DNA of 64,000 nucleotides from Macrostomum lignano (Eukaryota): NCBI GenBank assembly GCA_002269645.1, contig NIVC01000924.1, positions 1 to 64,000 of the forward strand, read 5' to 3'. Shown piece by piece: positions 1 to 8,370 of this stretch (position 1 is its first letter; each line of letters starts with the position of its first letter). The notes under the pieces were generated by a model. It saw only the letters and a program-made list of their open reading frames with translations, ran no database searches and was not told where the DNA came from. The position numbers and the translations under genes were made by a program.

Positions 1-551
1 GGCATGAAGCAGCAGTACAAGGATAAAATGAAACTCTTGTACACCGACACAGACAGTTTTATTATGGACATTCAAACAGAAGACATTTATCAGGACATGC
101 TGCAGCAAAAAGATTTGTTTGACTTGTCTGAGTATGATGAATCTTGCAGGACACAGAATGGCGATCAAGTGTTTGACGCCACTAACAAGAAAGTGATTGG
201 GAAAATGAAGGACGAGATTGCTGTGACATAATCACTGAATTCATTGGGTTGAGAGCAAAGTCCTATTTTATAAAATGTGAGTCGTCAGACCCAATCAAAA
301 AATCAAAGGGAATTCCGAAACGTGTAGTTAGGAAGGAAATTAATGAAGCTGAATACAGAGACGCCTTGAATTGCAACAAAAATACATCACATGAGTTCTC
401 AAAGCTACAATCCAAAAACCATATTATTCACACAATTCGGCAAAAGAAGATTGGACTGTCAGGTGCAGATAACAAGAGATTCATTTTTGATGACAATATC
501 AACAGTCTACCGTTCGGGCATTGGAGGTTAGGTTTAGGAGGTTGGGTTTAG
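1..551 (+). CDS. Protein-primed family B DNA polymerase, C-terminal part, with 1-nt frameshift near 223
   Basis: Motifs LLYTDTDSF, KKVIGKMKDE, then in the other frame IITEFIGLRAKSY, KKSKGI and DNKRFIFDDNINSLPFGH; adding one base gives KDEIAGDIITEFIGLRAKSY. Confidence 0.93.
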
Positions 552-604
552 GAGGTGGAGGTTGGGTTTAGGTTTAAGAGAAAGTTTAATAAACCTCATA
601 AAAA

Positions 605-1006
605 ATGACGACAAATAACTTTCTTGAAGATTTGGCTAACGAACTGGAAATCCCAAACTTTAGAGGAATATTTATGAGGGACACTCTGCCTGATTTTCCT
701 CTAAGAAAAGAATGCGGCATCATGAACTTTGACACCACCGATAAGCCAGGATCTCATTGGGTTTGCTGGGTGATTGATCCCGATCGCAAGCACAAGTGTT
801 ATTACTTCGATAGCTATGGGACGGCAGTACCAGAAGAGCTAAGAAATTATATGAAGGGAAAAAATAATAAAAAAATTTATCGCTCAGACTTTATTCTCCA
901 AGGTCTTAGCAGTGATATTTGCGGTGAGCTGTGCATGACTGTTTTGTATGCAATGACCAAAACACGAAAGACCTACAAGGAAATTATTCGTACCTGTGTT
1001 TCATAG
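605..1006 (+). CDS. Adenain-like (adenovirus-type) cysteine maturation protease
   Basis: FRGIFMRDTLP, GSHWV (His), YFDSYG (Asp), LQ...DICGELC (Gln, Cys). Confidence 0.92.
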   Translation: MTTNNFLEDLANELEIPNFRGIFMRDTLPDFPLRKECGIMNFDTTDKPGSHWVCWVIDPDRKHKCYYFDSYGTAVPEELRNYMKGKNNKKIYRSDFILQGLSSDICGELCMTVLYAMTKTRKTYKEIIRTCVS

Positions 1007-1010
1007 GGGT

Positions 1011-1667
1011 TCATTGTGCATTTCTCGTTGTACTTCTCGTTGTCCTTCTTTCCACATAATGTTGAAGAACTTTCTCGAGTTCATTTCTCAGCTGACTCAT
1101 GTCATCAGTACCGACCATGTTCAAGTTCATTCGAATTGATTGTTCATAAAGATCCTGAATGGTTTTGAACTCATCCTCTGAAATGAACTTATCCTCGATT
1201 GCCCTTGAAATGTACCCTATGATTGATGTGTGCACCCCTTTCTCTTTTACTTGCTTCTCCTGTAGCTGCTTTAGTTTTTTTCGCCTGTTTCGCGCTAATG
1301 CTCCAGTAATTGCTGAAATAAGTCCACATGCAGCACCTACTGAACCAAGTGGAATTGCGATTGGGACTGTGATGGCTGGCAACACTGAGACAGCTGCAGC
1401 AGATCCAGATAGAACAGACACAGATCCTAGAATCATATTGCTGTAGTCGAAAAATTTACAGTGGTTGTCATAGCGCTTAATTTTCTTTGTGTTGTGGAAA
1501 ATATTTTTTTCAAGATCATCGCGCATTTTTTGAATCTCCACCAGTCGAAACTGTTGAGAGTTACAAGTAATGACGGGGTAGAGTTTTTGTTGCTCATATT
1601 GGGGTGCACTAGGTGCACTAGGTGTTGTGGGAGCATTCTGATCATAAAGAGAATTTTGAGCATCCAT
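1011..1667 (-). CDS. Conserved Polinton/adintovirus membrane protein (LYP-FRL family; possibly the gene annotated GasderminX in adintoviruses)
   Basis: LYP...FRLVEIQ N-terminus, central hydrophobic hairpin (ILGSVSVLSGSAAAVSVLPAITVPIAIPLGSVGAACGLISAITGAL), basic RRKK, then ISRAIEDKFISEDEF. Confidence 0.65.
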   Translation of the reverse strand: MDAQNSLYDQNAPTTPSAPSAPQYEQQKLYPVITCNSQQFRLVEIQKMRDDLEKNIFHNTKKIKRYDNHCKFFDYSNMILGSVSVLSGSAAAVSVLPAITVPIAIPLGSVGAACGLISAITGALARNRRKKLKQLQEKQVKEKGVHTSIIGYISRAIEDKFISEDEFKTIQDLYEQSIRMNLNMVGTDDMSQLRNELEKVLQHYVERRTTRSTTRNAQ

Positions 1668-1778
1668 TTTTTAAGGGAATTTTTAAAAAAAAATCGACAA
1701 CTAGTTAGTGGTGTTAGATTTGTTTTACGTTTGATTGTTTCGTCTGCAGTTGGCGCCAGCAGGTCTCTTCGAATCTAC

Positions 1779-2510
1779 CTATTCATTATCTGTGAGCTCC
1801 ATTCTACGCATGATCTCAAACAAGTCGGTTGGATCACTTGTTTCCCTTGTGGTCTGTGGTGCCTCTTCAGCGTCAATGTTTTTGAGATTATGCAAGCGTT
1901 CAAGACGACCGATTCTTCTCACCGATTTCTGCCATTCGGTAAAAACTAAATCTACAAAGACTTTAATTGCAGTAATTCTTACTTTGATTTGATCATGCAA
2001 CGCTGTTGACTGAGTCATGAACTCTTCTAAATTCCTCACTTTACCTGTGTTGGTTGCGACGTTTTCTTTAATTCTATCATGCAATGCTGTTGACTGGTTC
2101 ATGAACTCTTCTAAATTATTCACTTTAGCTGTGTTTGTGAAAACTCCTCCTTCAAGAATACGCATCCGTCTATCAATGGAATTTCCCAGAAGATTAACTG
2201 ATGATCTCAAGCCGTTGATTAGCGAGACTATCGAAGTTATTTCTGACCTTAGTTCATTAGTTGCGTTTAACAACGGCACATAAAGCTTATCACTTTCAAA
2301 CTTCTGCCTAGCTACTTTAAGCCTGAGATCTTCCATGTTTATTTGCAACTGGTGCATGGAGCGCTCTAGGGCTTTCAGTCTGTTTTTATTCAGTTTGATC
2401 TCTGGGATCTCTTCGTCGCTGTTGATATATCGCCTGTCAAGGATGGATATTTGAGCTGATGTAAGAGCGCTGTTGCCAGAAATGGATTCACCTGCAAAGT
2501 TTATTGACAT
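1779..2510 (-). CDS. Coiled-coil viral protein, possible fibre/spike
   Basis: 243-aa ORF with heptad periodicity, a 28-aa internal duplication and the AAAAGATG start context seen at other element genes. Confidence 0.6.
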   Translation of the reverse strand: MSINFAGESISGNSALTSAQISILDRRYINSDEEIPEIKLNKNRLKALERSMHQLQINMEDLRLKVARQKFESDKLYVPLLNATNELRSEITSIVSLINGLRSSVNLLGNSIDRRMRILEGGVFTNTAKVNNLEEFMNQSTALHDRIKENVATNTGKVRNLEEFMTQSTALHDQIKVRITAIKVFVDLVFTEWQKSVRRIGRLERLHNLKNIDAEEAPQTTRETSDPTDLFEIMRRMELTDNE

Positions 2511-2526
2511 CTTTTAATAGCAAATT

Positions 2527-3327
2527 TTAAATTACAGTTCTTTTTTCTTTGCTGATAATCACAAACTGGTAAGGCTGATTCCACTTGTCATAGCAAAGAT
2601 TAACGAATTCCTCTTGTGAAATCTTTCTGCTTGAGTTTTTTGTTGGATTTATGAAATAGGCAGGCGCAATGACCTCATTGTAAAATCTTTTTAACCTGTC
2701 CTGTGGAATGGTTGGAAACAGGAGAATCAGATTGCAGTTCCCACGAATTGTTTTGTTCGGGAGCTCGAACCAGTTCTGTGCAATGTAAATTACATTACAA
2801 TTGTTATGTCGCCCTCTTGTAAAATAGTTTTCTATCTGCTTCTGTGGGCCTGTCATACAATCATCAAAGACGATCAAATGCTTTCTCCCCTTTTCTAGCT
2901 CATCTGGTTGGGGTAGAAGTTTGGTCTTTGGATCAGCCTGTGGATCTCCATAGGTGAACACTTTAATGTTCTGCCATTTTTCATTGTCTTTGAGGTGCTT
3001 TGAATATTCAGCAGCTACAATTTCTGGGTTACTGGGAAGGCTCATTTGGTTATTAAAACATACAATAATGTCCTCTTTGTTCAGCTTGTTTTGAAGCCCT
3101 GCAATCAGCATTCTATACTCATCTTGATACAGTGTGGGAGAGTAGATGTGCAGAGTGTCATAGTCGATAAAGCCAGGTCTAAGAAGCATGTTAAAGACTC
3201 TGAATGTTTTACCTGAACCTGACGAACCAACAACAATGCATCTGAAGTGACTCGGGATTGACTCATGATGAGAAAACTTAATCTGATTACGCGTCCAGTG
3301 AGGATTGAAGTCGTTTGAAAAGTCCAT
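2527..3327 (-). CDS. A32/FtsK-like DNA packaging ATPase
   Basis: Walker A VVGSSGSGKT, Walker B HLIVFDD, arginine-finger region FTRGRHNNCNVIYIAQ; true start probably ATG at 3327 (MDFSND), because the longer ORF's N-terminus is translated 21-bp repeat. Confidence 0.93.
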   Translation of the reverse strand: MDFSNDFNPHWTRNQIKFSHHESIPSHFRCIVVGSSGSGKTFRVFNMLLRPGFIDYDTLHIYSPTLYQDEYRMLIAGLQNKLNKEDIIVCFNNQMSLPSNPEIVAAEYSKHLKDNEKWQNIKVFTYGDPQADPKTKLLPQPDELEKGRKHLIVFDDCMTGPQKQIENYFTRGRHNNCNVIYIAQNWFELPNKTIRGNCNLILLFPTIPQDRLKRFYNEVIAPAYFINPTKNSSRKISQEEFVNLCYDKWNQPYQFVIISKEKRTVI

Positions 3328-3366
3328 TTTTTCTATGAAAAAAAAATTAAATAATAAATCATTTAG

Positions 3367-3470
3367 ATGTGTCATTTCGGGACTTGAATGTGTCGTTTTG
3401 GGACTTAGATGTGTCATTTTGGGACTTGGATGTGTTATTTTGGGACTTAGATGTGTCATTTTGGGACTAG
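3367..3470. repeat. 21-bp tandem repeat (about 5 copies) upstream of the ATPase gene
   Basis: Unit ATGTGTCATTTTGGGACTTAG. Confidence 0.85.
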
Positions 3471-3510
3471 TCTTATACTCTTACATGTCTTGTACCCTCG
3501 GAAAGTACCT

Positions 3511-3899
3511 TTAGTCAAATTTGAAACCACTTCCTTTTTTAATGCTTGCTCTCATCTTCTCATAGACTGCAGGGTCCACACTGTCTGGGTTTGGGGCCAG
3601 CGGGGCCAGCGGGCCAGTGGAGGTTGAATCTCTTGTTTAGGTGTTACAGTATCCTTTATCTTTTTGGCTGCTGTGGCTACACTGCCAGCCGCTTCGGCAA
3701 CGTTCTTGATGTTCTCTTTGTTCTCTCCAATGACCTTAAAAATCTTAGCCCCCTGAGCGATCAAATCAGCAAGGCCATTCCCAGAGCGTTCTTTTCTTGG
3801 ATAGTGGCCTGCAGGGAAAAGTCCAGATCCGCGTTTAATGAGATTAAGTTCCTCTTTGTCATAGTATTTGTCAATGTCTTTTTCGAAAATAAGAGGCAT
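3511..3899 (-). CDS. Small virion core/membrane-lytic-like protein with GxG motifs (frameshift at 3611-3613)
   Basis: KRGSGLF, RSGNGLADLIAQGAKIFKVIG amphipathic helix; restoring one base in the third CTGGCCCCG unit gives PLAPLAPLAPNPDSVDPAVYEKMRASIKKGSGFKFD*. Confidence 0.7.
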
Positions 3900-3916
3900 C
3901 TTTTTTAAATAGATAT

Positions 3917-5164
3917 TTATTTTTTGTTGAACCGCGAAAGCAGAAGCTCTCTCGCCCTCTTATCGATGTATTTTCTCTCAAGCATTTTGTCCAGGATGTT
4001 GACAAATTCTTTTCTATTTTCATCTTTCATTCCGGTCTTTGCCGCTCCTAGAAGAACCGCTACTCGCTTGTAGATTTCAGAAATTCCTTTTCCAGTTGAG
4101 GGCGGTTGGTCTTGGGGTTGTGGAGTTGGTTGGGCTTGTAGCTGCTGGGGAGGTGATGCAAAAGACTGCTCACTTTCAGAGATGGAACTGTCATGTGGTG
4201 CCTGTCTTTGTTGAGGTGTGAAAACTCTTTGATTGATTCTATTCATTCGATCTGGAGAGTGTTGTTCTAAGCGTTGCCAGTCTGTTGGGTTTTGTTTCTT
4301 ATATTCAGCTACTTTCAAAGGGTCTAACTGCTCGAGTTGACTGAGTACTTGTTCTTCTGTGAAATGTTGCTGCTGTTGTGGCGGTCGTTGTTGTTGTTGT
4401 GGTTGCTGTTGCTGTTGTTCTAGATATTTCATCTGATCAATGACTTCCCCCTGATCTGGCAAACCAAACCATTGTTTAAAGTGCTTGTACTTTTTGAATT
4501 TAGTCAGGTTGACACCGCCATTGTACATGTGTTTCAGAACTTCTGGGACCTTTAGTATTTCTATATCTCTAGCAAGAGAAAAAGTCACTAGATCTCTGTA
4601 GTTCTTTAGCTGCTTGTCCGAGATTCTCTCTTGGTTCTTGGTCATAAAAGTCAGTAAGGCGTCTGTGAAAGGAATTTTCATAGCTTCTGAGCCTTTGACA
4701 ACAGAAATATTTTCCTTATTTATGTCGATATAATATTCCACTGGTTCATTATAAATGTTTTTTCTCCACATACTTATTCCAAATACATATTTCCCATCAT
4801 GTTCGACACGCTCTACTGGTCCAAAAATGTTATCTGTCACTTTTAGTTGCTGTTGTGGTTGTGATTGTTGTGGTTGTGATTGTTGTGGTTGCGGTTGTAT
4901 CTGTCGTTGCGGCTGTATCTGTGGTGCTTCTGGAATTTTTCCCAAAGCCTTTTGCACCTGGGTTTCCTGTATGTCGTCGATAGTTTCTTTGACCTGATCA
5001 ATATTTTTCTTAGCTTCTCCATACCCGGGTTTATGAAACTCTGTGGCTGCTTGGACAAACTCATTGTAGGATTGTTGCTCCTTATTTATTAGCCTGGTAA
5101 CTCTCTTTTCTGCCTGCGCCAGCTTTTCTAGTTCAGATATCTGCTGTGTACTTTTTCGCTTCAT
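3917..5164 (-). CDS. Conserved Polinton protein with Q/P-rich linkers
   Basis: 415-aa ORF; N-terminal helix ending EFHKP; C-terminal GKGISEIYKRVAVLLGAAKTG...EFVNILDKML resembling a recurrent Polinton C-terminal domain. Confidence 0.7.
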   Translation of the reverse strand: MKRKSTQQISELEKLAQAEKRVTRLINKEQQSYNEFVQAATEFHKPGYGEAKKNIDQVKETIDDIQETQVQKALGKIPEAPQIQPQRQIQPQPQQSQPQQSQPQQQLKVTDNIFGPVERVEHDGKYVFGISMWRKNIYNEPVEYYIDINKENISVVKGSEAMKIPFTDALLTFMTKNQERISDKQLKNYRDLVTFSLARDIEILKVPEVLKHMYNGGVNLTKFKKYKHFKQWFGLPDQGEVIDQMKYLEQQQQQPQQQQRPPQQQQHFTEEQVLSQLEQLDPLKVAEYKKQNPTDWQRLEQHSPDRMNRINQRVFTPQQRQAPHDSSISESEQSFASPPQQLQAQPTPQPQDQPPSTGKGISEIYKRVAVLLGAAKTGMKDENRKEFVNILDKMLERKYIDKRARELLLSRFNKK

Positions 5165-5194
5165 TTCTTATTTTATTTTATTTTTAGTTAAAAA

Positions 5195-6490
5195 ATGAAC
5201 GACCCACTGACACCAGTTTTCTACAAAATTAACAAGCCTATTTTGAGTGATGATAGCACAATCAAAGCGACTCAGGTAAGAGTTCCCAGTCAGGAAAATC
5301 AGAATGAAACTAATCTTGGTCCTGGCCAAACACTGACATTTACATACAATGGATGTTCGTCTTTGGTCAGTGTCCACAGTCTAAGGAGCGGCTTCTATAT
5401 GACGTTTCAATTCAAAACTAAAGGAGGCGCAGACGCCGCTCATGCTAATGATGATCTACACAATGCGGATGTCGCACTAACCAGTAATTTTTGGGCTTAT
5501 ATGTTCAAAGAGTTTAATGTGTCCAATGGAAGTACAGAGTTGGAAAGAATAGCAAACTTTGGTGTGGTCTATGATACCCAGTGCTTGATTGAGAACCCGG
5601 ATTTTATTCAGATGGGGAGCGGTGCTGGATTCATCCCCAATGAACAGACAGGAGATGAGAATGACCCTGGTTACAAAAAGAGAAAGGAGAGATACAACTA
5701 TGCTCTTGCTGGTGAGAACGATGCTGCTAAGAATCCGTTGTTTAGGTCTGTAGATATTTTTGTACCTTTGAGGTTTATGAGTGGTTTCTGTAATAGTTTC
5801 AATCGGTTGACAAGCAACTTTAGCTACACATTTAGACTGACTAGAGATGATCGGAACAGAGGAATTTGGTCGGGGGCCAATCATACATCGATGGAGATTA
5901 AGCTAACTAGCGTGGAGCTGTACTTAGAAATTATTGAGCCCAAGACTGCACTCAAAGCTGAATACTTGAAGGCGATTGAGAAAGACATTGATGTTGCTTA
6001 TACAGCTTATATGTGCAGAGATGAGCGGAATGACGCAAGACACAATATTTGCATTAAAGAAGGCTCCTGTAGCAATCCAAGGTACATTATTGTCACTATG
6101 AGGAATACAACTAATGTAGGTAGATATCTACATGGAAACATTCGATCGATTCAGCATGAGATCAGTGACAATTTATACCCTGCATTGCCACAAAATGGGA
6201 ATTTCTCGGAGAACAAGATTAGTAAGTTTTACAATGAACTGTCGGACTTGGCTGTCAAAGAGAATAACGGTATTGTTTTGACAACATTGCAGTATAAAAA
6301 ACTATATCCAATATTTGGTATTGATGTGACTGCTAGACAAATGCCTACAGACAATAGCCCTGTTAACATTGTGACTAATATCGAGCGGAAAGAATTTGGT
6401 GCCGCAACGGCTGTTGATCTGTTTATTATCTATGCATTTGAGAGGAAGATCAAGGTCAATATGATCAACAACTCGTCTAGTAAAGTTTGA
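5195..6490 (+). CDS. Major capsid protein (double jelly-roll, hexon-like)
   Basis: 431 aa; DDST...NL...LTFT, DPGYKKRKERY, IFVPLRFMSGFCNSF, FRLTRD, YPALP, YKKLYPIFGID match the Polinton MCP pattern. Confidence 0.9.
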   Translation: MNDPLTPVFYKINKPILSDDSTIKATQVRVPSQENQNETNLGPGQTLTFTYNGCSSLVSVHSLRSGFYMTFQFKTKGGADAAHANDDLHNADVALTSNFWAYMFKEFNVSNGSTELERIANFGVVYDTQCLIENPDFIQMGSGAGFIPNEQTGDENDPGYKKRKERYNYALAGENDAAKNPLFRSVDIFVPLRFMSGFCNSFNRLTSNFSYTFRLTRDDRNRGIWSGANHTSMEIKLTSVELYLEIIEPKTALKAEYLKAIEKDIDVAYTAYMCRDERNDARHNICIKEGSCSNPRYIIVTMRNTTNVGRYLHGNIRSIQHEISDNLYPALPQNGNFSENKISKFYNELSDLAVKENNGIVLTTLQYKKLYPIFGIDVTARQMPTDNSPVNIVTNIERKEFGAATAVDLFIIYAFERKIKVNMINNSSSKV

Positions 6491-6511
6491 ATAATTTTTA
6501 TTCAATAAAAA

Positions 6512-7369
6512 ATGGAAGCCATAGCCGAAAGACTAAACAACATTGTTTCACACTCTAAGGAGAGCATTCCAATCACTGTAGCGGGTCGCATTACTGAGTC
6601 AAACGGAATCTTCATTCAAAAATTGGAGCAACCACTTCGTTTGGATCCCGAGGCGAATTACCACGTCTATCTCAATGATTTCACTGGGTGGTCAAATGTT
6701 CCCAATGTGACAGCGGAAAATAACAAGTTTTATTACAAATGGAAGCGTACTACAACAGAGGTTGTGATATTTCCTGTCAGCACACAGAGCGTGGATACTT
6801 ATAATTACTTCTTGGAGAACGTCTTCACTAAACGAAAGCATTTTGAGATACCGGATGAAAGCAAACCAGAAAATAAACTGTTCCCTGTTAGATTAACTTA
6901 TGATCTAACTGTCATGAGAGTTGTCTTGCAAGTTCATAAGGACGCAGAGGTAGAGTTTAAAGATGGCACTTGGTATCGCGAGTTGGGATTTGAAAAGAGA
7001 GTTTATGGTGGCGCCACAGACCAAAGCCCGCTGCAGGCGCCTGGCACTGTTGCTGTGTCCCGGCTAATATCCGGTATGTACTTGGCGCCAAATATCGCTG
7101 ACATTGTCAAAGGCTTGAATATATTAATTCGCAGCAATCTGAGCCATGATTGGATATTCAAGGGCAAACGAAGCAACATACTTTTTAACATTTCAAACTC
7201 TGTTGCTGGTGGCAAAATGCTTGTGCAAAAGCCAAACCCCGTGAAAAGAGTGATTCTGAGTAATAGAGAGATACATGAAATCATTCTGCAGTTTGAAACA
7301 GAGGATGGAGTTGGTGTCGATTTTAACGGGGAAGAGTTTGTGCTAACAATTATTATTGAGAGAATGTGA
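6512..7369 (+). CDS. Minor capsid protein (penton, single jelly-roll)
   Basis: LEQPLRLD...YHVYLNDF...NVPNVTAENNKFYY; PNI...ILIRSNL; ILFNISNSVAGGKMLVQKP; C-terminal VDFNGEEFVLTIII. Confidence 0.9.
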   Translation: MEAIAERLNNIVSHSKESIPITVAGRITESNGIFIQKLEQPLRLDPEANYHVYLNDFTGWSNVPNVTAENNKFYYKWKRTTTEVVIFPVSTQSVDTYNYFLENVFTKRKHFEIPDESKPENKLFPVRLTYDLTVMRVVLQVHKDAEVEFKDGTWYRELGFEKRVYGGATDQSPLQAPGTVAVSRLISGMYLAPNIADIVKGLNILIRSNLSHDWIFKGKRSNILFNISNSVAGGKMLVQKPNPVKRVILSNREIHEIILQFETEDGVGVDFNGEEFVLTIIIERM

Positions 7370-7430
7370 GTCGTCTTCGGGCTTGTAAAAGTACGATATA
7401 AGCCGCCAGGTACATCCTTGTAGTTGGCTA

Positions 7431-7667
7431 CTACAACTGCCTTATAACTTCAGCAAGGTTATAATAGCTGTCAAAATCGTTAATGACTACTCCGTGTTTT
7501 TCAAACCAGTGTCTTTGGAGAGCTAGATTAATATTAGGGACATTGATATCAACGTCGGGCCAATATTTTCTCATGTACTCGCTGCATTCCTTCTTGCATC
7601 GGTACTTGCTCTTGAAATTAGGCTCATGCGCTTTGTAATAAGAACCTGGAGAGACAACTGGAAACAT
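7431..7667 (-). CDS. Orphan viral ORF (78 aa from ATG 7667)
   Basis: Non-repetitive ORF between penton and subterminal repeats with TAAAAATG start context like other element genes. Confidence 0.5.
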   Translation of the reverse strand: MFPVVSPGSYYKAHEPNFKSKYRCKKECSEYMRKYWPDVDINVPNINLALQRHWFEKHGVVINDFDSYYNLAEVIRQL

Positions 7668-7794
7668 TTTTAGAGAAAATTTAGATTTTTTCAAAGGGTA
7701 AGGACCCTGCGCTGATGATTTAAAGTCTTAGGGATCTGGTTTCACGTTGCGGATTGAATGTGGGGAGAAGAATGCAGATTATTTTCTGATTGTT

Positions 7795-8370
7795 TCGAAG
7801 ATGCTATGGGTGGATGTCAGTGGATTAAAATGGGATTATATTCGAAGTTTTCGGAACAAGTAGGACACCTGTTATGCTCTGATTCTGTCAGGGATAATAT
7901 GGATGGATTTAATGGGATTATGTTCGAAGTTTTCGGAGCAAGTGCGGCCCCTCCCCTTTTTCATGATTCTGTCAAGGATAATATGGATGGATTTAATGGG
8001 ATTATGGAGGACGTTTTGTGAGCGAGTGCGACCCCCCTTTTTTTCTGATTCTGTCGGGGATAATATGGATGGATTTAATGGGATTATGGACGATGTTTTG
8101 TGAGCAGGTGCGACCCCCCTTTTTTTCTGATTCTGTCAGGGATAATATGGATGGATTTAGGTGGATTATGGAGGAGGTGAAAAATTTTGTCCCAGAAGCC
8201 CCCTCATGCCTTCTACTAGGATGGAACCCAGATCGTGAATGGTGCCAAGATCAAAAGTGGCGCCAAGATCAAGAGTGACATCAAGATCAAGAAGCGCCAA
8301 GATCAGGAATGGCGCCAAGATCAGGAATGGCGCCAAGATCAGGAATGGCGCCAAGATCAAGAATGGCCTA
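7795..8370. repeat. Polinton subterminal repeats: about 82-bp units (7795-8165) and 18-bp units (8225-8370)
   Basis: GATTCTGTCAGGGATAATATGGATGGATTTAATGGGATTAT at about 7881, 7965, 8047 and 8129; ATGGCGCCAAGATCAGGA repeats. Confidence 0.85.

Noticed and set aside
2500-2560. Possible third frameshift in an A run near the ATPase C-terminus
   Set aside because: An alternative tail is possible but no conserved motif supports it
3328-3459. MTHLSPK N-terminal extension of the ATPase ORF
   Set aside because: It is the translation of a 21-bp non-coding repeat; the ATG at 3327 has the element's A-rich context
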